Translations under genes and position numbers: made by a program | Shown here: piece by piece, positions 30,130 to 40,010 of the stretch | Layout of the letters: each line of letters begins with the position of its first letter | How positions within the stretch are numbered: the stretch's first letter is position 1 | Source: an uncultured Bdellovibrionales bacterium | GTDB taxonomy: Bacteria; Patescibacteriota; Minisyncoccia; Moranbacterales; UBA2206 | NCBI GenBank assembly: GCA_964538685.1 | Contig: CAZIFD010000004.1 | Span: 1-62,270, forward strand | Direction: 5' to 3' | Length of the DNA: 62,270 nt | The notes under the pieces: generated by a model | Database searches by the model: none | What the model was told of the DNA's origin: nothing | Seen by the model: the letters and a program-made list of their open reading frames with translations, nothing else

Positions 30130-31167
30130 CTACTTCTTGACCTCAAACAAATCTTTCTTTTTGACAAAAAATCGGTCGTTATTCAAATTAATCATCACGG
30201 TTGCCTTTTTGACTTTTCTCGTTTTGAATATTTTTTCAAAAATATCTTCCTTGCTAAGTGGACCGTTTTCCTTGAGAATATCCCGTAAAACCTCTCGCAC
30301 TGTTCCTTTATTATATCCCCATTCAGAAAGAGCATAAATACCCCGTCCGATTAAAACAAATCTGTCATCCTTAATTAACTCATTATGAACCGTTTGGGGA
30401 TGAGACTTTCTAGAAGAAAGTCCATATTCGTCAATCAAATTGGCTATTCTGGAAAAATGAAGCGGTTTTTTGGTTTCTTTGAGCACTAAATAAATCTTGT
30501 CTTTAGTGTTTTTAGGTTTTATTTCAGGCCAAGAACATAATCCCCATTTCCCAAACTTATTAGAACAAACCTCGGATAAAGTTTCAAGGAAAAATTCAAT
30601 TGTCTTTTTGTCTAATTCCGGCAATTTGGCAGAAATTTCTTTAATCAAAAAAGCAACAGAAGTAGGACTTTTTTTCTCTTTCAAAAGTTTTTTGGCAACT
30701 TCATCAACCTTCTCAACTTTATCCAAAATACTTCTGGAAATCAACCAAGATTTTTCAATAATTCCCTTGATTTCAACAATTTGAATATCATTACTGCAAT
30801 CAGCAAAAAATAAAGCGGAATTTTTTTCTTTCGGCGTATTGTCTTTGAGATTATCAAGAAACCAATTCTGATTAATTATACCATTTCTTGATTCAATCTC
30901 CAAAACAATTTTATTTTTTGCAGTAATAACTTCCAATGGCAAACCACTTTTTCCAAAGACTTTTTTTAAAGAATCAGCGATGATTTGTCTGACCCGTTCC
31001 CGAGTTATGCCATACTCCTTCCCAATACTATCCAAAGTACTAGGCTTTCCATTCAAAAGACCGAATCTTTTTTTGACAATTTCCCGAGATCTGGGAACCA
31101 ATTCTTCCAATGATTTATTAGCCAAATAAAAAAAAGACTTTTTCATCAATTCTTCTCTTGTTTCCAT
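30130..31167 (-). CDS. Sigma70 region-4-like HTH plus C-terminal winged-HTH protein
   Basis: TLDSIGKEYGITRERVRQI; TVHNELIKDDRFVLIGRGIYALSEWGY. Confidence 0.75.
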   Translation of the reverse strand: METREELMKKSFFYLANKSLEELVPRSREIVKKRFGLLNGKPSTLDSIGKEYGITRERVRQIIADSLKKVFGKSGLPLEVITAKNKIVLEIESRNGIINQNWFLDNLKDNTPKEKNSALFFADCSNDIQIVEIKGIIEKSWLISRSILDKVEKVDEVAKKLLKEKKSPTSVAFLIKEISAKLPELDKKTIEFFLETLSEVCSNKFGKWGLCSWPEIKPKNTKDKIYLVLKETKKPLHFSRIANLIDEYGLSSRKSHPQTVHNELIKDDRFVLIGRGIYALSEWGYNKGTVREVLRDILKENGPLSKEDIFEKIFKTRKVKKATVMINLNNDRFFVKKKDLFEVKK

Positions 31168-31299
31168 CTAAATTAACTTAAAAAATATTAACTATACCCC
31201 TTTTAAATTTCAACCAACCATATCACACAAATCCATATTTTGTCAAGGGAAAACAAAAACCCCCTAAAACTGGGGGGCCAAACTATTGAAAATTACGGC

Positions 31300-32304
31300 T
31301 TACAATCCGTATTTCGCTTTATTGGCGTTATGTTCGTCCAGCGTAACAGAAAAAATTGTTTTTTCCGTCGCCGGATCGCTTAAGAAAAAATTATAATTGG
31401 AATCTTTTGGATAGATAGATGCCATAATAGCCGAAATTCCCGGATTGGAAATCGCTCCCGGAGGAAGTCCACGATTAATGTAGGTATTGTAAGGAGAATC
31501 CACCCGAGTATCTTCAAAACTAAACTGTTCTTTGGTTTTTGAAAGAGCGAAAGAAACTGTGGCGCAACTTTGAAGAGCTTGACCAATTTTTATTCGATTC
31601 CAAAAAAGACCGCTCACCAACTCTCTATCCTCATAACTATTCACTTCCCTTTCCACTATACTGGCCATAATTATGACCTGATCCAAAGTACGCTTGTCTT
31701 TCAAAATAGCATCTAACATCTTTTGATTTACCTTGAAAGAAAAATTGTCCAGCATCTTTTTGATAATTTCTTCGGCAGAACTATTTTCTTCAAAAAAATA
31801 GGTGTCCGGAAAAAGATACCCCTCTAGACTCTCCATTTGACTCTCCCGCAAAAAAGAATAATCATTTTTAAAATAATTGGGATTATTCACCAGTTTCAAG
31901 AAGCCATCTCCGTCCAAACCTTTTTCTGTCAATCTTTCCGCCATTTTCTTGCTAGTCCAACCTTCCGGAAAAGTTATTTTAATATCCGTGCTTTGAGCGG
32001 TGGTGATAATGGAAGCGATTTCCGGAATGGTCAATGATCCAGAAATCAAATATTCACCCGGCAAAACTTTTTCTTCTAGATCTTTTTTCTTGAGATAATA
32101 AAAGAAAAAATATTTATTTCCAATCAGCTGTTCGCTTTTGAGCTTGGTAGCTATTTCATCTACGCTTTCCCCTTTTAATATTTCTAATTTAATTGAATTG
32201 GAATTTTCTCCTTGGGCATAAAAAACTTGATAGTGAAAATAAAAAAAGACAGTCACCAAAACAATCATTCCCAGTAAAATAAAAATTCCTAATTTTTTCT
32301 TCAT
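31300..32304 (-). CDS. mltG: Endolytic transglycosylase MltG
   Basis: ITFPEG, LEGYLFPDTY, MASIVERE, SPYNTY, GLPPGAISNPG. Confidence 0.95.
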   Translation of the reverse strand: MKKKLGIFILLGMIVLVTVFFYFHYQVFYAQGENSNSIKLEILKGESVDEIATKLKSEQLIGNKYFFFYYLKKKDLEEKVLPGEYLISGSLTIPEIASIITTAQSTDIKITFPEGWTSKKMAERLTEKGLDGDGFLKLVNNPNYFKNDYSFLRESQMESLEGYLFPDTYFFEENSSAEEIIKKMLDNFSFKVNQKMLDAILKDKRTLDQVIIMASIVEREVNSYEDRELVSGLFWNRIKIGQALQSCATVSFALSKTKEQFSFEDTRVDSPYNTYINRGLPPGAISNPGISAIMASIYPKDSNYNFFLSDPATEKTIFSVTLDEHNANKAKYGL

Positions 32305-32314
32305 TAAAAAATAA

Positions 32315-32932
32315 TTATTCCATTATTAAGGGCACGAAAGCAAAACCGGGAAATTGTTCTTCATAAAATTCTGCTTCTCCTTTTTTCTCTAAAAAAAATA
32401 AACTATTTCTAGTTGGAACAACCATCCTGCCATCAACCTTAAGTTGCTTCTTAAGTTCTTCAGAAATTTTATCTGCCATAGCTGAAACCAAAATTCCATC
32501 GTATGGAGCTTCTTTTGAAAAACCGCTACTTCCGTTGCCTTGATAAAATTGAGCGATGCCTTTTTTCACATAACCCAACTTGTTTGCATTTTCTTCTCCC
32601 ATTTTTCTGAGTTCGTCAACCAATTCAACCGCAATAACTTTTCCTTTTTCACCCACAATATGCGAAAGAAGAGCCGTTGTCCAGCCAGATCCGCTTCCCA
32701 CATCCAAAATTTTCTGTCCTCGCTTAGGATTCAAAAGTTCCAACATAATCGCCACCGTAGTCGGCTGAGAAACAGTTTGTCCATAGCCAATCGGCAAAGC
32801 CACATCCGATTCCGCCACCAATTCAAATTCCTTAGGAACAAATTCAACCCGGCTAACTTCGGAAAAGGCCTCAATGACCAAATCGCTTTTGAGATAACCA
32901 TCTTTAATCAACTGGTTAACCAATTCGCTCAT
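32315..32932 (-). CDS. pcm: Protein-L-isoaspartate O-methyltransferase
   Basis: PIGYGQTVSQP, LDVGSGSGW, APYDGI, FAFVPL. Confidence 0.93.
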   Translation of the reverse strand: MSELVNQLIKDGYLKSDLVIEAFSEVSRVEFVPKEFELVAESDVALPIGYGQTVSQPTTVAIMLELLNPKRGQKILDVGSGSGWTTALLSHIVGEKGKVIAVELVDELRKMGEENANKLGYVKKGIAQFYQGNGSSGFSKEAPYDGILVSAMADKISEELKKQLKVDGRMVVPTRNSLFFLEKKGEAEFYEEQFPGFAFVPLIME

Positions 32933-32949
32933 ATATATTGGTAAAAAAA

Positions 32950-33390
32950 TTATAATCCAATAATTTGAATCAAAACATCCCTGGTTCTGGACCCATCGGT
33001 TTCCACTAGAAAAATACTTTGTTTTTCCGTAATTAAAATTTTTCCTTTTTCAATCGGCAAAGTCTGGCTCACTCCCAAAAACATCGCCTTGCAATGAGAA
33101 TGTCCATTGCTCCGACCGTCGGAAACCTTGGAACGACTAATTTCAAAAAGATCATGAGAATAACTATCGCCAACTGGAATCAAACGATACAATACCCGCA
33201 TAAAATCCCTGACGAGCATCGGCTCATTGTGATTTACTACAACACCAGCTGTTGTGTGAGGAGAATAAATTAAAACCTGACCTTCTCTAATTCCGGAATT
33301 GGAAACTATTTCTTCCACCTTTTCAGTAATATCCAAAAATTCCATTTGCCCTTTGCTTCGCACTTCTATTTTTTGTTTAAATATTTTCAT
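32950..33390 (-). CDS. yjbQ: YjbQ/UPF0047 family protein
   Basis: HTTAG, NGHSH, QSIFLVETDG. Confidence 0.88.
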   Translation of the reverse strand: MKIFKQKIEVRSKGQMEFLDITEKVEEIVSNSGIREGQVLIYSPHTTAGVVVNHNEPMLVRDFMRVLYRLIPVGDSYSHDLFEISRSKVSDGRSNGHSHCKAMFLGVSQTLPIEKGKILITEKQSIFLVETDGSRTRDVLIQIIGL

Positions 33391-33394
33391 TTTT

Positions 33395-34516
33395 TTATTT
33401 TATCACTTTGGCTACCGCTTGAAAAACTTTTTTGTCTAAAGCGTCTGGTATTATTTTAACAGCAGTCGGTTTTTTTATCAACGCAGCAATCGCTTGAGCG
33501 GCTTTTATTTTATGATCCTCGGTGATTTTTTCCACTTGATTATCAAGAGCTCCTCTAAAAATTCCCGGAAAAGCCAAGACATTATTTAGCTGATTGGGAA
33601 AATCACTTCTGCCTGTTGCCACCACCCTAGCACCACCATTTTTAGCAACATCCGGCATAATTTCCGGAGTTGGGTTGGAAAGAGCAAAAACAATTGAATC
33701 CTTGTTCATCGTTTTTATATCTTGACTTTTTAAAAGTTTGGGAGCTGAAACTCCAATAAAAATATCTGCTCCAACCAACGCCTCCCTAAGACTCCCTTGA
33801 TTTTTTTCTAAATTAGTTAAATTGGCAATTTCCATTTTGGCCGGATTCATTCCGATTTTTCTTTCTTTAAAAATTATTCCCGTGCTATCAACCGCCAAAA
33901 TATTCTTGGCTCCTGAGAGAATCAGTAATTTTATGATAGCTGTTCCAGCCGCTCCGGTTCCGGAAACTACAATTTTTACTTGACCGATTTTCTTCTTCAC
34001 CACCCGAAGAGCATTAATAATCCCTGCCAAAACCACGATAGCTGTTCCATGCTGGTCATCATGCATCACCGGAATATCCAGCTCTTTTTTAAGTCGCTCC
34101 TCAATTTCAAAACAACGAGGCGCCGAAATATCTTCAAGATTGATACCCCCAAATCCCGGGGCCAACATTTTTACAGTTTTTATAATTTCTTCCGTATCTT
34201 GAGTAGCCAGAACTATTGGAAAAGCATCTACTCCGGCAATTTCCTTAAAAAGTAAAGCTTTGCCTTCCATAACCGGAAGCGCCGCTTCTGGTCCAATGTT
34301 CCCCAATCCCAAAACCGCGCTTCCATCAGAAATAACCGCCACTGTATTTTTTTTGATAGTATATTCTCTAACTAATTTTTTATTTTTGGAAATAGCCAAA
34401 CAAACATCCGCCACACCGGGAGTATAAAGAACTTTTAGATTTTTCTTACTTAATTTTTGCTTGCTTCTTATTTCAATTTTTCCTCCCAACTTCTTGCTAA
34501 GTTTGATTGGATCCAT
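33395..34516 (-). CDS. NAD(P)-dependent malic enzyme
   Basis: YTPGVA, DGSAVLGLGN, VMEGKA, NLEDI, HDDQHGTA, TGRSDFPNQ; start reassigned to MDPIK. Confidence 0.93.
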   Translation of the reverse strand: MDPIKLSKKLGGKIEIRSKQKLSKKNLKVLYTPGVADVCLAISKNKKLVREYTIKKNTVAVISDGSAVLGLGNIGPEAALPVMEGKALLFKEIAGVDAFPIVLATQDTEEIIKTVKMLAPGFGGINLEDISAPRCFEIEERLKKELDIPVMHDDQHGTAIVVLAGIINALRVVKKKIGQVKIVVSGTGAAGTAIIKLLILSGAKNILAVDSTGIIFKERKIGMNPAKMEIANLTNLEKNQGSLREALVGADIFIGVSAPKLLKSQDIKTMNKDSIVFALSNPTPEIMPDVAKNGGARVVATGRSDFPNQLNNVLAFPGIFRGALDNQVEKITEDHKIKAAQAIAALIKKPTAVKIIPDALDKKVFQAVAKVIK

Positions 34517-34533
34517 ATTTTTAGGATAAAAAA

Positions 34534-35463
34534 TTATTTTGATTTCAAATACCTGAAAACTCCTTCGGATGCAATAGCTCCTTCGGAACAAGCTGTTAAT
34601 ATTTGACGAAATTTATTTGATCCGGTTGTAATATCGCCTGCGGCAAAAACCCCCGCCACATTAGTACTTTGATCTGGATTAGTTTGAATAAATCTTTTTT
34701 CATCAACCGCTACTCCGATTTTTTCCGCCAACTCCACTCCCGGTTCCGATCCAATTTCCACAAAAACTCCGTCAATCTGAATATTTTTTTTACCAGAAAA
34801 TTCTTTATCCAAAACAACCTCTTGCACCTTTCCTTCTCCTTTTATTTCCAAAATATTAGTTTCGGTGATAATTTCTATTTTCTCCTCTTTAGCAACCTTG
34901 TCTAGCCAAAAAGGCTCGGCTTTTAATTCGCTTCCCCTGTAAACCAAAAAAATCTTCTTAGCAAACTGCGCCAGCTGAAGAGCTGAAACCACAGCCGAAT
35001 TTCCTCCGCCAACCACCAAAACAACTTTATCCCGAAAAAACATTCCATCACAAGTGGCACAATAAGATACCCCCTTACCGGTAAATTCTTTTTCTCCAGG
35101 TATGTTCATTTTTCGGTAAACTGTTCCCATTGCCATAATTACAGCTTCAGAGTAATAAATATTAGCTCCTGTTTCTGTTTTCCAGCCATCCTCCGCCTGA
35201 GAAATAGCTACGGCTGATTCCGTTCTAATTTCCGCTCCCAAATCTTTGGCTTGTTCGGAAAATTTCTGAATCAATTCGGCGCCAGAAACCGAAGAAAATC
35301 CAGGATAATTTTCAATTTTCCAAATCTCATTCATCTGTCCCCCAACTTCAAATCCCAAAACCAGATGATTTATTTTATAACGCGAAGCATAAATTGAAGC
35401 CGCTAATCCAGCCGGACCGGCGCCAACAATAATCAAATCATAATGTTTTTTTTCTTCTAACAT
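34534..35463 (-). CDS. trxB: Thioredoxin reductase
   Basis: GAGPAG, GVSYCATCDG, GGGNSA, FAAGD; start reassigned to MLEEKK. Confidence 0.9.
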   Translation of the reverse strand: MLEEKKHYDLIIVGAGPAGLAASIYASRYKINHLVLGFEVGGQMNEIWKIENYPGFSSVSGAELIQKFSEQAKDLGAEIRTESAVAISQAEDGWKTETGANIYYSEAVIMAMGTVYRKMNIPGEKEFTGKGVSYCATCDGMFFRDKVVLVVGGGNSAVVSALQLAQFAKKIFLVYRGSELKAEPFWLDKVAKEEKIEIITETNILEIKGEGKVQEVVLDKEFSGKKNIQIDGVFVEIGSEPGVELAEKIGVAVDEKRFIQTNPDQSTNVAGVFAAGDITTGSNKFRQILTACSEGAIASEGVFRYLKSK

Positions 35464-35492
35464 AAATAAAATCCCCCTGCAAAAAAAAATTA

Positions 35493-36620
35493 TTAAATCC
35501 AATTTTGTATCAAATAAACTCCCACAAAAAACATAATAGCGCTCATTGTAATTCTAATCAATTTTTCATTGGCAAATCTCAATTTTGATCCTTGTTTAAA
35601 TAACATTTTTTCGTTTTTTATTCCAAATATCAACAAGAAGATTGCCACCATTGGTAAAAGAAAAATAAAATTATACAAGATAAATCCCATTATGGTCTTG
35701 AATAAATTCTGATCCAAAGAGAATATTTTTGCCGTAGACAAATAAGGACGACTAGCGCAAGGCAATAAGAAAAAAACTGAAAAAAAGCCTAAGACGAAAC
35801 TTCCCCAAGGATTAAAAATTTTTCTAAAAAAAGAACCACTTTTTTCAAAAAATAATTCCCAGTCGCAACCGAAAAATTTTTTTTTCGGAAAAACATTTTT
35901 CAATCCGAATATTCCAATAATTATTGAAATAATTCCCATACTGATAGAAATAATTTTTGAAAAATGAGACAAATTCAAAAAAGCTCTGGAAAATCCGATA
36001 CCCACCAGAAGATAAGCCCCATAAACACCGACAATAAAAGCTAATCCGGAAAAAAAACCTTTTCTCTTACTGCCAACAAAAAAAATTAAATTTAAAAGAA
36101 CAACAATAACCGCAAAAGAACAAGGACTCACCGAATCAATCAATGAAGCGCCAAGAAGCATAGAAAAAGAAACTGGATTTTCAATTGAAAACTGAGAGCT
36201 TCCTGTTTCCTGATATTTTTCAATTTTCTTTTTCACTTCAAGCGGAATAGGATAATTCATATCTTCAACCGCTTCCATTTTTTCAGAAAATCTTTCCTTA
36301 ATTGACTGGCTTCCAATTAACATTTCACTACCGAAAACTATCGCCGGCCAGCCTCGCTTTTCCTCATTAACTCCAAAAACATCAAAAAATTCATTCAGGT
36401 AATTGAGATTATATGGCCCACTAACTTCAATTTTTTTTATTTCATATTTTTCATAAAATCCTTGGGAGGAAAAATATTCATTCACTTCCTCGCACAAAGA
36501 ACAACTCTCAGAATAGAAATAAAGCGCTTTCTTTTTTTCATCTTGAGCCAAAGCCAAAGAAGGAAATAAAAGCAACAACCACAAAAAAATAAAGTAAATT
36601 TTTTTCATTTTTATTAACAA
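35493..36620 (-). CDS. Thioredoxin-like domain fused to CcdA/DsbD-like membrane domain
   Basis: Signal peptide, CSLC, WPAIV; TM domain with DSVSPC and LLPCASRPY. Confidence 0.8.
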   Translation of the reverse strand: MLIKMKKIYFIFLWLLLLFPSLALAQDEKKKALYFYSESCSLCEEVNEYFSSQGFYEKYEIKKIEVSGPYNLNYLNEFFDVFGVNEEKRGWPAIVFGSEMLIGSQSIKERFSEKMEAVEDMNYPIPLEVKKKIEKYQETGSSQFSIENPVSFSMLLGASLIDSVSPCSFAVIVVLLNLIFFVGSKRKGFFSGLAFIVGVYGAYLLVGIGFSRAFLNLSHFSKIISISMGIISIIIGIFGLKNVFPKKKFFGCDWELFFEKSGSFFRKIFNPWGSFVLGFFSVFFLLPCASRPYLSTAKIFSLDQNLFKTIMGFILYNFIFLLPMVAIFLLIFGIKNEKMLFKQGSKLRFANEKLIRITMSAIMFFVGVYLIQNWI

Positions 36621-36631
36621 AAGTAAACTAG

Positions 36632-37345
36632 CTATTTTCCAAACCTCCGACTTCGCTGAGAATAGTCATTCAAGGCTTCATCTAATTTCTCCGGAGTAAA
36701 ATCAGGAAACTTTTCTTCACTAAAATAAAGTTGAGAATTGGCCGTATCCCACATCATAAAACCAGCCGAAAGATGAGGTTCCCCGCCAGTCCGAATCAAA
36801 TAATCCACTGCCGGCAATTGACTGGTCATTAAATTTTTTTTCACAATCTCCGCCGTTATCTTGGCGCCCTTGTCCAATGTTTCGTGTATTTTTTCAATAG
36901 CTTCCAACATCTCATCGTCCCCGCTATACGCCAACAAAAAATTTAAAACTTTTTTCTCAAAGTGCCTGGTTTTTTCCATAATCTCCCGCAAAGTTTTTTT
37001 GAGTGATTCCGGAAATTGGCTTTCCCATCTTCCAATTATGTTTACCCGTATCTCGTTATCATACAAATCGTCCCCTTCCAACAGTCTTTTGAAATAACGC
37101 TTATAAATATCCAAAAGCGCCATCTTTTCCTGAACCGGTCGCTTGGTGAGATTGTCCACCGAAGATCCCCAAAAAGAAAGACAATAAACACCCTTTTCAA
37201 AAGCAAATCTGGTAAGCTTTTCAATATTTTTTGCGCCCTCTTCGTGCCCCATCCACGGTTTCAATCCCCGCTCTTTTGCCCAACGCCGATTGGCATCGGG
37301 AATGATTACTAAATGTTCCGGCAACTCTTTTCTTTTCTTTTCCAT
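36632..37345 (-). CDS. uppS: Undecaprenyl diphosphate synthase
   Basis: IIPDANRRWA, NLTKRP, YLIRTGGE, HLSAGF. Confidence 0.93.
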   Translation of the reverse strand: MEKKRKELPEHLVIIPDANRRWAKERGLKPWMGHEEGAKNIEKLTRFAFEKGVYCLSFWGSSVDNLTKRPVQEKMALLDIYKRYFKRLLEGDDLYDNEIRVNIIGRWESQFPESLKKTLREIMEKTRHFEKKVLNFLLAYSGDDEMLEAIEKIHETLDKGAKITAEIVKKNLMTSQLPAVDYLIRTGGEPHLSAGFMMWDTANSQLYFSEEKFPDFTPEKLDEALNDYSQRSRRFGK

Positions 37346-37387
37346 AATTAAATTTTAACTTGAAAAATAAAACTATCTTCAAACAAA

Positions 37388-38455
37388 CTAAGTTTCTCGA
37401 GTACTTATATATTCAGCCAGTCCGAGAAAAAATTCCTTGGATTCATTTTTTATTTTCAATTTATTAATTTCTTTTTGGCTTTTTTGAATCAATTCCTGCA
37501 TTAAATTTTTAGCAAAATCCAAAGAACCAGTTCTAATAACAATCTCTTGAAAATTTTTAATGTCCCTTGAAGTCAAATTTTTATTTGCAATCAAAGCTTG
37601 TATTTTTTTTCTGTCTGATAAACTGCCTTTTTCAATCGCTTTCAACAAAAGAACTGTTTGTTTTCCTTCTCTAATATCAGATCCGACCAACTTTCCTATT
37701 TTTTTCTCCGTACCAAAAATTCCTAAAATATCATCTTGAATCTGAAAAGCCATGCCCAAAGGAATAGAAAAATTACTAAAACCGTCAAGAATATCCTTAG
37801 AAGCGCCACCCAAAATTCCCCCCAGATGCAGTGGTCCTTCAAAAGTGTATCGGGCTGTTTTATATTCATATATTTCTAGCACTTCTTTCATTGTCGCTTT
37901 TTTTCTGTAGCCCATATAAAAATCCTTAGCCTGACCAACAATAGTAAAAGCCACTATGTCTTGCAACTTTGAAAGCGCCTTAATCACAAGATCGGGCTCA
38001 AAATTGGAGTTAAAAAGAACTTGATTACCAAAAGCCGCTATCATATCTCCGATAATAAGCGCCATTGAATTTCCAAAATGCAAAGAATCTTCCTTGGGGA
38101 AAAACCTTTTTCCCATTTTTTCATAAGAATAATTGATAGTATCTTCACCATGACGCATAATATCTCTATCCATAATATCATCATGGACAAGCAAAAAAGC
38201 ATGAATAATTTCAACACTGATACAGGTTTTTAGCATTTTACGCTTATCATCCCCGCCTGAACCAATATAGCCATAATACATTACTGCCGGACGCAATCTT
38301 TTCCCTCCGGACATAATATTTTTTTTCACTTTTTCCAAGGCCTCTCCGATCAATTTGTCTTTCGGAGAATATTCTTTAATTTTAGCGTCTAAAAAAAGCT
38401 TTATTTCTTTATCAACTTCTTTTTTGAATTCAGCCAGATTATTTTTTATATCCAT
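37388..38455 (-). CDS. Trans-polyprenyl diphosphate synthase
   Basis: GGKRLRP, HDDIMDRD, KTA, FQIQDD, DIREGKQT. Confidence 0.92.
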   Translation of the reverse strand: MDIKNNLAEFKKEVDKEIKLFLDAKIKEYSPKDKLIGEALEKVKKNIMSGGKRLRPAVMYYGYIGSGGDDKRKMLKTCISVEIIHAFLLVHDDIMDRDIMRHGEDTINYSYEKMGKRFFPKEDSLHFGNSMALIIGDMIAAFGNQVLFNSNFEPDLVIKALSKLQDIVAFTIVGQAKDFYMGYRKKATMKEVLEIYEYKTARYTFEGPLHLGGILGGASKDILDGFSNFSIPLGMAFQIQDDILGIFGTEKKIGKLVGSDIREGKQTVLLLKAIEKGSLSDRKKIQALIANKNLTSRDIKNFQEIVIRTGSLDFAKNLMQELIQKSQKEINKLKIKNESKEFFLGLAEYISTRET

Positions 38456-38507
38456 AGGAAATATTAGTTTTCTTTAGTTAATAATAACTCATTTTTAAAT
38501 CGTTTAC

Positions 38508-38543
38508 AAGCAAAAAACAGGACTCCTCCTGTTTTTTGCTTGC
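38508..38543. terminator. Terminator-like hairpin downstream of tRNA-Glu
   Basis: aagcaaaaaacagg-actcct-cctgttttttgctt. Confidence 0.7.
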
Positions 38544-38565
38544 CTTAATTTTCCAGAAAAATCAG

Positions 38566-38641
38566 TACCGCCAAGGGGATTCGAACCCCTGATTTCCAGG
38601 ATGAGAACCTGGCGTCCTAGACCGGGCTAGACGATGGCGGC
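38566..38641 (-). tRNA. tRNA-Glu(CTC), CCA not encoded
   Basis: rc = GCCGCCA...CCAGG TTCTCAT CCTGG...GGTTCGAATCCCCT TGGCGGT A, followed by CTG. Confidence 0.95.
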
Positions 38642-38702
38642 ATAAGAAAACTTGAAAAACAAAGATATTCTTGCACAAAAAAAATGAAAAGGCAACTGAA
38701 AA

Positions 38703-40004
38703 TCAAACATCCCTGACTGGAACCTTTTTCCAATCTTTGTTTTGTCGCGGAATCAATTTTTCCGCTTCCTCCGGATGAAGCATTACTTCTTCCAATATTT
38801 TTTCCATCCTTGTGCCCTGAGAACCCTTGACTAAAACCAAATCATCCGGACGCAAAAATCGTTGAAGACATTTTCCAGCTTCTAATGAATTTCTAAAATG
38901 AATCATCTTATCTTCAGGAAAGCCTTTTTTTCGCAATTCATCAATTGCTAATTTCATCCGACTACCCACTCCGATAAAAATATCTCCTTTAATTTCCAAA
39001 AATTTTCTAGCCACTTTTCTGTGTCCTTCTTCCATTTCCGCTCCCAGCTCCAACATATCACCCAAAACCACAATTTTTCTTTTTGATTCTATTTCTCCAA
39101 ATACTGTTAAAGCGGCCAGTGCCGAAACTGGAGAAGAATTGTAAGTGTCGTCAATCAATAGTGAATTTTTTATTCCAAAAATCAAATTCATCCTTCCGAC
39201 CGGAGAAGAAAAATTTTCCAAAGCGAAAGCAATTTCCAAAAGATTCATTCCCAATTCAATTCCAACCGCCACCGCTGAAAGAGCGGCGTATATTTGATGC
39301 TTGGCTAAAATATTATTAAGCCGAACAGGCAAGTTGGTACCTTTGTAATTCAATTTAAAACTAATTCCTTTGATCAGTTTATTTTCATAATTATAAAAAA
39401 TCTCTTCTGCTCGTAAATCAGAATCTTCTGAAAAACCAAAGGATAACGATCTGATTTTTAATTGCTTTTTGGTTTTCAGCAATTGTTCATCATCGCCATT
39501 TAAAACCGCCAGTCCATTCGCGGGAAGACTTTTTACTAAAAAGCTTTTTTCTTTCAGCACGCCTTCAATGTTTCCGAAAAATTCCAAATGGCTTTCGGAA
39601 ATATTGGTTATTATGCTTATTTTTGGTTTTATAAATTCAGTTAAATATTGAATATCTCCCGGTCTGTCCGCCCCCATTTCCAAAATCAAAATCTTTGGAT
39701 ATTTGATTGGAAAAATCATCATCCCAAGCCATTTCAAAAAAATAATAACCCACTTGAAAATAGATTTTCCGCCTGTTTCAACTCCCAAAACCGTTAACGG
39801 AATTCCGATTTCATTATTATAATTTTTTTCATTTTTTCTAACTCTAAATTTTTTTGAAAGCACTGCAAAAACCGCTTCCTTGGAAGATGTTTTCCCTACC
39901 GACCCAGTAATACCAACAATCAAAGGTTTATATTTGACCAGCAAAGTTTTTGCCATCAATCTAAGAACTTTCTCCAAAATTATTATTTTTTTTGCTTTTT
40001 CCAT
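38703..40004 (-). CDS. murF: UDP-MurNAc-tripeptide--D-Ala-D-Ala ligase
   Basis: GITGSVGKT, NYNNEIG, LEMGAD, DDTYNSSP, GDMLELG, KGS. Confidence 0.9.
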   Translation of the reverse strand: MEKAKKIIILEKVLRLMAKTLLVKYKPLIVGITGSVGKTSSKEAVFAVLSKKFRVRKNEKNYNNEIGIPLTVLGVETGGKSIFKWVIIFLKWLGMMIFPIKYPKILILEMGADRPGDIQYLTEFIKPKISIITNISESHLEFFGNIEGVLKEKSFLVKSLPANGLAVLNGDDEQLLKTKKQLKIRSLSFGFSEDSDLRAEEIFYNYENKLIKGISFKLNYKGTNLPVRLNNILAKHQIYAALSAVAVGIELGMNLLEIAFALENFSSPVGRMNLIFGIKNSLLIDDTYNSSPVSALAALTVFGEIESKRKIVVLGDMLELGAEMEEGHRKVARKFLEIKGDIFIGVGSRMKLAIDELRKKGFPEDKMIHFRNSLEAGKCLQRFLRPDDLVLVKGSQGTRMEKILEEVMLHPEEAEKLIPRQNKDWKKVPVRDV

Positions 40005-40010
40005 ATATTT